A stretch of DNA of 64,000 nucleotides from Cycas panzhihuaensis. Its lineage: Eukaryota > Plantae > Cycadophyta. Made by a program: the position numbers and the translations under genes. The notes under the pieces are model-generated. The model saw only the letters and a program-made list of their open reading frames with translations. It searched no databases and was not told the DNA's origin. The stretch covers positions 192,641,741-192,705,740 of the forward strand of contig CM041465.1 in assembly GCA_023213395.1 (NCBI GenBank), written 5' to 3'. Within the stretch, counting starts at the first letter, position 1; the number at the start of each line of letters is the position of its first letter. This document shows positions 1 to 10,199 of this stretch, piece by piece.

Positions 1-1862
1 CCCAACGCTCACTCGCTTCACTCAAGACATAAAACCATTTTTCATTCATTGGCATTATTATTCACCTCACTTTTCAACTTTCCTAGAGCATTTTCTTCAC
101 AAAGAGACAAAGAACAAAAAAAAGGAGAAGAGACATCCTCCTACCGTGGGATCGAGGTACAAAGGGGCGCTATTGCTGGAGGTGCAGGGCCATCACGCCT
201 CACGGAGTCTGCTCTAAGCACTCTTCCTCTTCATACATTCTCAAGGCTTTCAAGAGGATTTTTCACCAAGAAAGACCATCGCAAGGAGCCATTTCCAAGC
301 TTTTGACTTGCATGAGGTTCCACTACCTTATTCTCTTGCAAGGGACATGCAACAACACCTCATAGGCATTGGTTGGACCGCACCAAGCTTCCAAGGACCT
401 ACATGCTCTCATTTCTCATCATTGGAGGTATTTGGTGTCCCTTGTTAAGTGCCTTTTTTGCTTATTTCTTCATTGCTTACTTGCAAATCTTTTCCTCTCT
501 TTGTGCATGTATTTCCTTGAGTTTCCTTGATCATTTGATGCAAATAACCGTAGCGGTTGTGGCCCATTGAGTGTTGCCCTAGGCTAGGCCTAGTTTCTCA
601 CTTGCCCCCTAAACCCATCCTTTTCCTCCAACCCTTCTTCGCCATTTCTTGGGCAAGCCTAAGATAAAGGGTTACACGAGGGTTAGAGGGAGATAGGCGG
701 GTTCCGTCCCCTGCCGCCCTACTCCCCAAGGGTTCCGCCCCTTATCCTCTCCCCTTTATCTCCCGCTTTTGTTTAGGAAACGGGCTAGAGAAGCTTTGGA
801 GAGTCGGTTTGAATACCCGCCTTGGTATAGGCTATCCGCTGCTACACGACCCGCCCCTGTTACATGCTAGCATCGCTTCCCTTATATCCTGTGGAGACCT
901 CGTGGGTGAGTTAGCCATCCCGAGGCTACACTCAATCCCGCTTTGGTGCGTTGGTGGTGTATATCGATTGCATATGTCGTGTGACTTCGCTTTCCTTTCA
1001 TTGCATGTTAGTGCTTAACCGTATCTTCCTAGCTTAGTTTATTTTACTTGCACATATATACATACCTTTTGTATCTCGTAGCCTCTCTCTCGAGAGGAAG
1101 GTATTCGCTTATTTGCTTGCAGGAGGCGTTGAACAAAGGCGCGATAGGGTCGACCCGCTGCTTGGCCGACGCTTGTTTGGCACGTTCTCCCTTTTGTTTG
1201 TGTCGCTTTGAGCTTTATTATTTTATCGCTTCGCTTTAGTTAGTGTTTATTTGCTTTGGGAGGTAAGTGATCCCCCATCACCGCTTGCAACCGACGTCGA
1301 TACGAGGAGGACGACGGAGGAAGCGCAACCGTGGACGGACACTGCGTCTCAACCACGGATCCGTATTCTCCGCTCACCTTCCATACCCTTTTTTCGTGTT
1401 TCCACGCTTTCTTTACACTTGCTTTAGTAGTTAAAGAACATAAGAAAAAGGGGAAGAAATAACTATTTAGTTTGTACTTGCTTTTTACTCGATTTACTTT
1501 ACTTGTACATTTCTTTGCTATACCCGCAGATTATGGTATTTGAGATCCCGTGACCGATCCCTCCTTAGCCGCTCTTGCATATATTTTACCCGTGACACGC
1601 TCGGTTGGTTGCCCCTTCGCCGCTTTCTCATTGCCTTGAGAAGTAGCGGCGCGCGAGTTTCCTTTTCCCCTTCCCGGCCATCCAAGGGTAGGAGGGTCTC
1701 GCCTGCACGGCCACTGGAAGCAACCAGCACCTTGCAGCCCTGCACTCAAGGCCTCCCAAGACGGACGTCCGCGAGGTATGATCCTCGTTCTTTAGCCTAT
1801 TAGCCCCGTGGTTTTGTGTCCTTCCCGCCAGCGTTGGATCATTGCCCGTGGAGAGCGTTTCA
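1..1862 (+). repeat. 5' LTR of element A (partial)
   Basis: Matches 7425-9310 and ends ...GAGAGCGTTTCA. It is followed by TCGCGACCAT, a degenerate TGGCGACCA-type PBS (compare TGGTGACCAT after the LTR of Z at 54670). Confidence 0.9.
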
Positions 1863-3139
1863 TCGCGACCATCCGGGACCGCCAAGAAGGGAGCTAGATC
1901 CGCCTCCCTTCGTGTTGGTGCTCTTGCCTTTAGGTAGGCTCGCATTTTGCTTTTGAGTTGGGCAACCCCAACGGGTTTGCGGCTTTCCTTCCTTTTCCTT
2001 TTCGCTTTTCTAACAACGCCGCGGAGGCGTTGCATGCGCGACGCTTTCATGGCCATGGGTTTGCCGTTGTTAGAAGACCAATCGTCGCGCTCATTCCATC
2101 GCCGAGCCCCGCTTCTAAGAATGGAAGGATACCCGTCCGATTGGGCCTACCATGCCATGACTTGGGCACTCATGAGTTCCCTTCGTCTGCTCCGAATCCA
2201 CCCGTGAGGGCGAGGATTCCATCTATTACCCCGATGACCATTTCCACCTCAAGATTTTGAGCCTTCCACTCATGCAATGGAAGACCCGGCCACTCGTGAG
2301 ACCCGCCACCCCACCGGCGAGCCTTACGAGGAGCGCTCGAGGTCCCCTACCTTCAAGTCCCTTCGACCTCGTATGGCTATGAGGATACCCTCCGCCGACG
2401 CGGCCGAGGCGCTGGCGAGTACTTTCGAGCGGTCACGCCAACCGCCTCTAGATGGTTAACGGAGATGCTACGCAACGTGGCGCCTTCCTCATCCATGCCC
2501 ACGCCATCTACGACGGTTGATACGCCCGTCGCGCGCACACACGCCCCATGCCGTGTCTACCCCCTCCTAAGGCGAGTGTTGCGTTTGCGATCCTAGTCGT
2601 GGTCCCACTCCTCGGGCCCGCTACAGCAAGATCTTTCCCTCAACTCGGGGTTAGTATGCCTTGCTCAAACCAAACGCACGTGCCACCGAACGTGGCGCAC
2701 GCTGCTTCCTAGTAGGCCTCGAGGCCTAGCGCCGCCACGACCATGTAGGACCCACTCCCACGTATGTCCGTAACCCTTGGTGGTCCTTCTCTTACGTGCC
2801 CCTGTGCTACACGTCACCACCTTGGGGCAAGGAAACCACCTCCCTCATGGAGTGGACCGTTGCACCCATATGGGGTCGCGCCACCCACGGTGGCCCATAT
2901 GGGCAAAACCCGGCCCCTCACCCCTGCTTCGACGACAGTAGCGACTCCTGCTGCTGGCAAGAAGACAAGGGAGCGCCCTTTCCGTAACATCTACCCGCAC
3001 CCCTTCCCACAAGGGGTGTTTCCTCAAGGAGGGATGGGACCGACACCCCATCCGCTCTTTTCACGGGTTGTCGATCCCTTAGCCTGTGCAAGGACACGCC
3101 CTTCGTGGACTATAGGTCGACGCCCGTCCGCTGAGGCGT

Positions 3140-3960
3140 TGAGGACTAACTTGCCGCCTCACCCTCCTCAAGTCCCCAAATTTGATGGGACTTCGTCGCA
3201 GACCCAACCGAGCATGTGCGCAGCCTTTTCCATGGCGTGCATTGACTATTGGGCCCACGACCACATCTTGATGAAGCTCTTCCGCGATCCTTGCAGGCGA
3301 CGCCTCAAGTGGTTCTACCGCCTTCCGCCCATTCGATCTCCTCATTCCGGAAGCCTAGTGACGAGTTCGTCAACTATTTTGACGTAGCGCCCATTCGAGA
3401 GCGGAATGAAGGCGCTTGTCGCTCAAACAAGGTCACGATGAGATGAACCGTGACTTTGTGCGACGCCACGACCTCCTTCACTCCACCAAGGCCACATTGC
3501 ACGAGGAGTTGAAGAGGATCTCTTTGTCAACGCACCCGTCCGGAGGTGCACGTGGAAGTCCTCAAGATGGGGCAACCACGTGTGACTCGCCATCTCGAGT
3601 GTTTAGCTTTGGAGGCTATTGAGATCAGCGGGTCTCAAGAAACCTCCCAAGCCCTCGCAACGTCGCGGCGCCTCCTCCAACGAAGGAGACCACACCTTGC
3701 AGCCTGAGACCACCTCTCACCCCGTGAGAGGACCTTAGATCCCCTTACCTCGCCATTCGCTCATTCGAGCGACGATGAAGGAGTTAAAACTCAACCTCCT
3801 TCATCACCTACCCCTCATAGACCCGTCCGGCAGACTTCCGTGCGGCACCCCCAAAGGGGCAACACCCGATCTTCTCAAGCAAGGAGGCCGATCCTCCCTT
3901 GAGAAGAGTTGGTGTTCCATCCACGGGAGTGTTTCCATGACAATGCGGCGTTGCGGGCAC
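3140..3960 (+). pseudogene. gag: Frameshifted gag core and zinc knuckle of element A
   Basis: Fragments NLPPHPPQVPKFDGT..., AFSMACIDYWAHDHILMKLF, LKWFYRLPP, SLKQGHDE and WCSIH..CFHDNAAC are spread over three frames. They are colinear with 56320-57170. Confidence 0.8.
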
Positions 3961-4633
3961 GGCGCCCACGCGACTCATCCCCCAGGCGAGCATCGAGGCC
4001 TAATCTCGATCAGCCCATTCATAGAGACCCATTCCCCAAACATGGGGAACGTGGTCGCGATGTTCAACAAGGATACAGTCAGAATCGGGATAGATCTCCC
4101 GATCCTCGCCTTCGCATGGTAGAGGGAAGGGTGCGCGAAGGTCACCTTCACCTTCGCGCTCCCTGACCGCCGTGCTCCATCACCTTCGCGGTCCCGTTAC
4201 AAGGGAAAGAAGGTTGTCCAATTGCTTGAGACCACTCCGTTATATGCCTTAACTTGGGTCCCAAGCTGCTAAAGAGGCAGCTGGTGCCTCTTCATCCACA
4301 TCTCACCTTGATCCTCCTCCGAAGGCCGTCCCTCCAGAGATTCCTGCGCTTCCCAAGACTATTCCGTCGCCCGGTCGATTCGACTTTAGAAGGGCGCTAC
4401 CCAACCCAGGGGGAGGGGTAGGCCCTTTCCTATGGTTGACGAGCTCTCCACCGTCACGGGGGGAATGTCCTTGATGGACGTCTTGAGAAGCGCCACGAGC
4501 AACGTGCTCTTCTTCTTGAAGCTCTTGGTCAACAAGACGCTTCCATCCATGCGATAGGTGCTACCTCCCATGGACCACTGTCATCTCATTTGATCCTAGA
4601 GATCTCCCATCTCCCAGCAAGCGGGAGAAGCTT

Positions 4634-5674
4634 TTGCATTACCCGTTCGTCATTACCATTGATACTCCTGATTGTATCGTAAAGAGGACCATTGTAGATA
4701 ATGGCTCTTCTGTTAACGCTATGCCTGTGCGTATGCTCAAGGAGCTAGGCATAGTAGCTCTTGAGTCTGTCCCTTGGAAATGCCAAGGGTATGATGGGAC
4801 TGAGAAGTCCCTCTGGGGCAGTCTCCCTATCCCTCACCTTAGGAGGGAAAACCGTTTCGCCGGGTTCTTTGTACTCGATGTCGATGTAGAGTACAACCTC
4901 TTGTTGGGCCATGGCTCGACCCGGATGGGAGCAGTCTGCTCCACTCAGTGGGGGCAACTTAAATTTGTCCATGAAGGACAAGTTAAAGTTGTCGCCCGTG
5001 AGCCAATGCCGTCTCACACCTCTCATCCAGCCTGCCAGGCTGTTTTCGATGATGAAGATAGCGATCCTGAGGAGGTTACCCCTTCCGTGGGACCTTTGTT
5101 TCAGGAGACCGACCTTCATCAGTCGAGCCCTATGCCATGTCATGAGCCAAACCTAGTTAGGTTTGCCCCTATTGGCGTAGGTGGTTACGGTTACTTAGCC
5201 GCCATGAGTGATTTTGATTCGGATAGCGAGGGTTATGGGCCCTCTCCTCGGCGTGTCACCCTGGTTTCGCGAGCACCTAGGGGAATATCTCGATCGGATA
5301 TTCCCGCTCTTCCTCATTCTACATTGGCTCCTGAGCCGCCGGTCCTAAACCGACCATTCATTTTACCTTCTCAGCCTCCCCGAGCGATTTCACGTAGGCG
5401 CCCACGTCGACGAGCCACTCGTAGAGGCACTTCTTCTTCACGTTCTAGATCCTTACCTCGGACTAGAGCCACTCCTACTCGGATGCAACCTTGCCACGCG
5501 GTCCGCCGTGTGCCAAGTCTGTTGCACTCATCCGTTCCGACCATAGCAAGTTCTTTGGTAGGCCTAGCGATCTTGGCCCTACTCTTCGTCACCTATCTCC
5601 TACCTGCGTGTGACTACCCCTACCTTTATGGGGTCTACGACACCTCTTCCTCTCTTCATGCTCAACGAGCCTAA
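4634..5674 (+). CDS. Retrotransposon aspartic protease region with an Arg/Ser-rich and hydrophobic C-terminal extension (3' part of the gag-PR frame of A; the true start is upstream)
   Basis: ORF contains RTIVDNGSSVNAMP and FFVLDVDVEYNLLLG. It stops at the first unit of the 85-bp repeat. Confidence 0.8.
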   Translation: MHYPFVITIDTPDCIVKRTIVDNGSSVNAMPVRMLKELGIVALESVPWKCQGYDGTEKSLWGSLPIPHLRRENRFAGFFVLDVDVEYNLLLGHGSTRMGAVCSTQWGQLKFVHEGQVKVVAREPMPSHTSHPACQAVFDDEDSDPEEVTPSVGPLFQETDLHQSSPMPCHEPNLVRFAPIGVGGYGYLAAMSDFDSDSEGYGPSPRRVTLVSRAPRGISRSDIPALPHSTLAPEPPVLNRPFILPSQPPRAISRRRPRRRATRRGTSSSRSRSLPRTRATPTRMQPCHAVRRVPSLLHSSVPTIASSLVGLAILALLFVTYLLPACDYPYLYGVYDTSSSLHAQRA

Positions 5675-5992
5675 ACTACCATTTTAAATTGTTCCCATTC
5701 CTCCCAACCACGGGTGGAATGGCAATTTGAGATGGATCCCTTGCTCATAACGAGCCTAAACTACCATTTTAGATTGTTCCCATTCCTCCCAACCACGGGT
5801 GGAATGGCAATTTGAGATGGATCCCTTGCTCATAGCGAGCCTAAACTACCATTTTAGATTGTTCCCATTCCTCCCAACCACGGGTGGAATGGCAATTTGA
5901 GATGGATCCGTGCTCCGAAACGAGCCTAAACTACCATCTTAGGTTGTCCCCATTCCTCCTAACTGCGGGTTGAATGGCAATTTAAGGTGGAT
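5659..5992 (+). repeat. Four tandem 85-bp units in the 3' UTR of A, each able to fold into hairpins
   Basis: GAGCCTAAACTACCAT begins at 5667, 5752, 5837 and 5922 (period 85). Confidence 0.95.
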
Positions 5993-6763
5993 TTTTCTTC
6001 AGTTTCGCTTCCAGTTCCTCCCGCGGAACCCGCGTTCCCGTGAGCTCTTGGGAACCTCTGTCTTCCTATTTTGGGCATTCCCCAAATTAGGACGACGCTG
6101 TGGAGTATCGTTACTCCCCCTTTCCATGCTTGTCGTTTCCTTTGCACATTCCGCTATGCTCCCTCGTGGACATGCATGTCGCCCCATTCTCTAACCTCAC
6201 ACCTCTCGATCGCCTCTACTCACGGTGGAGGTGTGTGCTCCTGTTAGACATATGGCCATACATGGAAGGAAACACATGCATATTACAACAAAATATTTAC
6301 AAACAAATATTTGCAAAGAAATGAACATTTACAACATACAAAATACTCATTTACAAAATAAATCATACATGCTACCTCTATCATACATGATACACACCAT
6401 TTCATGTGGAGGCTTGTCTGGCCAGCCCGTGCCCAAGTCTCCGGTTGCTGTCGGTTAGATATGCTTGCTCTCTTCTTGGGATGCCCTCTTACTCCACCTT
6501 GCACCTTGGCAACGGGCATCCGTTCTTTGCCGCCGGTTCGGGCCAGTCGATGATTAGACGACGCGTAGGCAGCCCCTACGTTGTCCTCCTCTCTGTCTCC
6601 CTTGTCCACGCGTTCCGCCACGACACTTGCCTACACCCTTGGATCACGTGCTGCTCTTGATTGCTTTTATATATATATATATGCATGTGCTACTCATGTT
6701 TCTTGGTTGACAGCATTCGCCATCACATTACGCTCTCAAGCAGTGAGGCTCACGCCAAGGCGA

Positions 6764-9310
6764 TGTTTCCCGGCTATCGGGAATGGACTTGCGACACATC
6801 GACACAGGTTTGTGCAGGTATATGCCTTTACTTTGCTTACTTATGATCGTTGCGATGGTGGGAATGGTTTGATTGACATGTGCCCGTCCATATGCACTGT
6901 TTGATTGTTTGTTCATTATGCATGTGCTAACGGCACCTTTTAGCCTATGACGACTCACGGTAGGGGCATTCATCGTGAATCGACACCGTATGGCATACAA
7001 CCACCCACGACGTCTCCATGGTCTTTCGGGATTCTTTTGCCGGCTGTTTATGCGTGTTCTGGCGTCTGCGCTTATGTTGCAAACCCTTTCTAAGCTGGTT
7101 TAACCCTTAGTTAGGTCTTTTTGCCGTTTGAGCACATGCCCATGACTTAAAACTGCTCTTGACTAATGTATTTTGAGTTTAATTTATGATTTTACCTTAA
7201 AACCTGATTTCTTACTTTAATTTTCTGTTTTTTTTGGGTTTTGGTTCCGTCTGTGATAAATTAAGCGATCTGCGGAGTTCTAAGCGGTACCGGTCGTCAT
7301 GATAAACTTAGCGATCTGCTAAGTTTATCGCGATCTGTTGCTTAAAATTTAAAAGAGAAACCACGCGACGGTGGCGCGATTTTTAGCGAATCTGCCGTGG
7401 CTCAATCAGTTGGGGCGGCAGGGCCCCAACGCTCACTCGCTTCACTCAAGACATAAAACCATTTTTTCATTCATTGGCTTTATTATTCACCTCACTTTTC
7501 AACTTTCCTAGAGCATTTTCTTCACAAAGAGACAAAGAACAAAAAATGTGAGAAGAGACATCCTCCTACATTTGTGGATCGAGGTACAAAGGGTCGCTTA
7601 TTCTTTGGAGGTGCAGGCCATTCTGCCCCTCACAGACTCTGCTCTAAGCACTCTTCCTCTTCATACATTCTCAAGGCTTTCAAGAGGATTTTTCACCAAG
7701 AAAGACCATCGCAAGGAGCCATTTCCAAGCTTTTGACTTGCATGAGGTTCCACTACCTTATTCTCTTGCAAGGGACATGCAACAACACCTCATAGGCATT
7801 GGTTGGACCGCTGCACCAAGCTTCCAAGGACCTACATGCTCTCATTTCTCATCATTGGAGGTATTTGGTGTCCCTTGTTAAGTGCCTTTTTGCTTATTTC
7901 TTCATTGCTTACTTGCAAATCTTTTCCTCTCTTTGTGCATGTATTTCCTTGAGTTTCCCTTGATCATTTGATGCAAATAACCGTAGCGGTTGTGGCCCAT
8001 TGGAGTGTTGCCCTAGGCTAGGCCTAGTTTCTCACTTGCCCCCTAAACCCATCCTTTTCCTCCAACCCTTCTCTTTCGCCATTTCTTGGGCAAGCCAAGG
8101 CATAAAGGGTTACACGAGGGTTAGAGGGAGATAGGCGGGTTCCGTCCCCGATCTTGTCCTACTCCCCAAGGGTTAGTCCTTATCCTCTCCCCTTTATCTC
8201 CCGCTTTTGTTTAGGAAGCAGGCTAGAGAAGCTTTGGAGAGTCGGTTTGAATACCCGTCTTGGTATAGGCTATCCGTTGCTACCACGACCGTCTGTTACA
8301 TGCTAGCATCGCTTCCCTTATATCCTGTGGAGACCTCTCGTGGGTGAGTTAGCCATCCAGGCTACACTCAATCCGTTTAGTGCGTTGGTGGTGTATATCG
8401 ATTGCATATGTGTCGTGTGACTTCGTTTCCTTTCATTGCATGTTAGTGCTTAACCGTATCTTCCTAGCTTAGTTTATTTTACTTGCGGCACATATATACA
8501 TACCTTTTTGTATCTCGTAGCCTCTCTCTCGAGAGGAAGGTATTACGCTTATTTGCTTGCGGAGGCGTTCGGAACAAAGGCGCATAGGGTCGACCCGATT
8601 CTTGGGTCGACGCTTGTTTGGTACGTTCTCCCTTTTGTTTGTGTCGCTTTGAGCTTTATTATTTTATCGTTTGTTTAGTTAGTGTTTATTTGCTTCGGAG
8701 GTAAGTGATCCCCATCACCGCTTGCAACCGTCGCATCTGAGGAGGACGACGGAGGAAGCGCAACCGTGAGCGGACACTGCGTCTCGTTTCAACCGGGATC
8801 CAGTATTCTCCGCTCACCTTCCATACCCTTTTTTCGTGCTCTTACGTTTCTTTACACTTGCTTTAGTAGTTAAAGAACATAAGAAAAAGGGGAAGAAATA
8901 ACTATTTAGTTTGTACTTGCCTTTACTCGTGATTTACTTTACTTGTACATTTCTTTGCTATACCGCCAGATTATGGTATTTGAGATCCTGTGACCGATCC
9001 CTCCTTAGCCGCTCTTGCATATATTTTACCCGTGACACGTTCGGTTGGTTGCCCCCCTTCGCCGCTTTCTCATTGCCTTGAGAAGTAGCGGCGAGCGAGT
9101 TTCCTTTTCCCCTTCCCGGCCATCCGAAGGGTAGGAGGGTCTCGCCTTGCACGGCTACCTGGAAGCAACCAGGCACCTTGCAGCCTGCACTCCGGCCTCC
9201 CACAAGACGGACGTCCCGCGAGGTATGATCCTCGTTCTTAGCCTATTAGCCCCGTGGTTTTGTGTCCTTCCCGCTAGGCGTTGGATCATTGCCCGTGGAG
9301 AGCGTTTCCA
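6764..9310 (+). repeat. 3' LTR of element A (~2.55 kb)
   Basis: Starts TGTTTCCCGGCTATCGGGAATGGA, homologous to the LTR starts of Z at 50871 and 62885. It is preceded by GCCAAGG (Z has GCCAAGGGGGCAC as PPT) and ends ...GCGTTTCCA. Confidence 0.85.
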
Positions 9311-10199
9311 AGATCCATTAACTTATGTACATAGGACCTTTTATACTACTAATATAATTAAATATAGTTTATCTTGATAATAAAATTAGTTAGAAGAAGG
9401 CCTCTTTTATCTCTTTAAAGCTTAATACTTATAAAGGAAGGGTGTTGTGCATTTTTGTATCTTATTTAAGATTGTACTTTGGTACACTTTGATGCACTTA
9501 AACTTTCTTTGGTGTCCTTATAAGTGCTTATTCCATGTAATTCACATCTTTCATTAATAAATTGGTTCATTTTAATCTTTATATCCTTTGCTTCTCCTAT
9601 ATTACAAGATTGAGGAATATTGATGGGAAGGAACTAGTCACTCAAGGTACATCCACCTAATGAGAATTTTATAGAAAATAACTTTGGGGGCTCATGGTCC
9701 TAAGAGGTAATGTCATATAGAAATGCCTTGAGAGAACCATCCCCTAATGATTGATCCCCCATACCTAAAGATAAGATAGAACCACCTTTTATTGAGATAG
9801 TAGTAACTCTATTTACATGCAAAAAGCTAGATAACACCAACTACCTAATCTAGTGTATGGAGTATTGGTTGGGCCATCGAATATTGGATAAATCTCAATG
9901 GGTAATGGACTTTGTTCTTACCCTTTATGGCCTAATGTAGTAGTGATATTTAGCCCATTAAACCCTACCCTTTGACTAAGTAGAAATCTAAGCATCCTTT
10001 AGATTATAATTTGACCTACTTAAGGAGTTATCCATTACCCCTTTTTAGTAGGAGAATACTAAGTAAGATAACTTAATCAATGAAAATAAGTAGGAAGAGA
10101 TAAAAGCATTCTTAAGAGTGATTAAAAGCAATTTATTTTTTTTATACATTAGGAAAATTAGGTAAGGAATGGTTTCTCAAATAGGAGAAAGTTCAAATA

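Larger units (their letters stand above)
1..9310 (+). mobile_element. Element A: young non-autonomous Ty3/gypsy Tat-lineage LTR retrotransposon (gag + protease only, TR-GAG-like); 5' end lies before the window
   Basis: 1-1862 is directly repeated at 7425-9310. It carries a gag core, a CX2HX4HX4C knuckle (~3910-3955) and an aspartic protease motif (IVDNGSS). No RT, RNase H or integrase motif is seen before the 3' LTR. CpG-rich. Gag, protease and LTR termini are homologous to element Z. Confidence 0.9.

Noticed and set aside
49-2460. Numerous 60-140-aa ORFs in the LTR and leader of A, and short ORFs in 39677-40839
   Set aside because: They overlap on both strands in GC-rich DNA and show no domain motifs. 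Several LTR ORFs are not preserved in the second LTR copy.
5659-5992. CRISPR-like array or self-cleaving ribozyme repeats
   Set aside because: The units have no unique spacers and there are no cas genes. No CUGANGA/GAAA hammerhead core is present on either strand. The twister-like bits (GCC-UAA, UCCC..GC loop) lack the P2 partner and the GAGGG pseudoknot strand.
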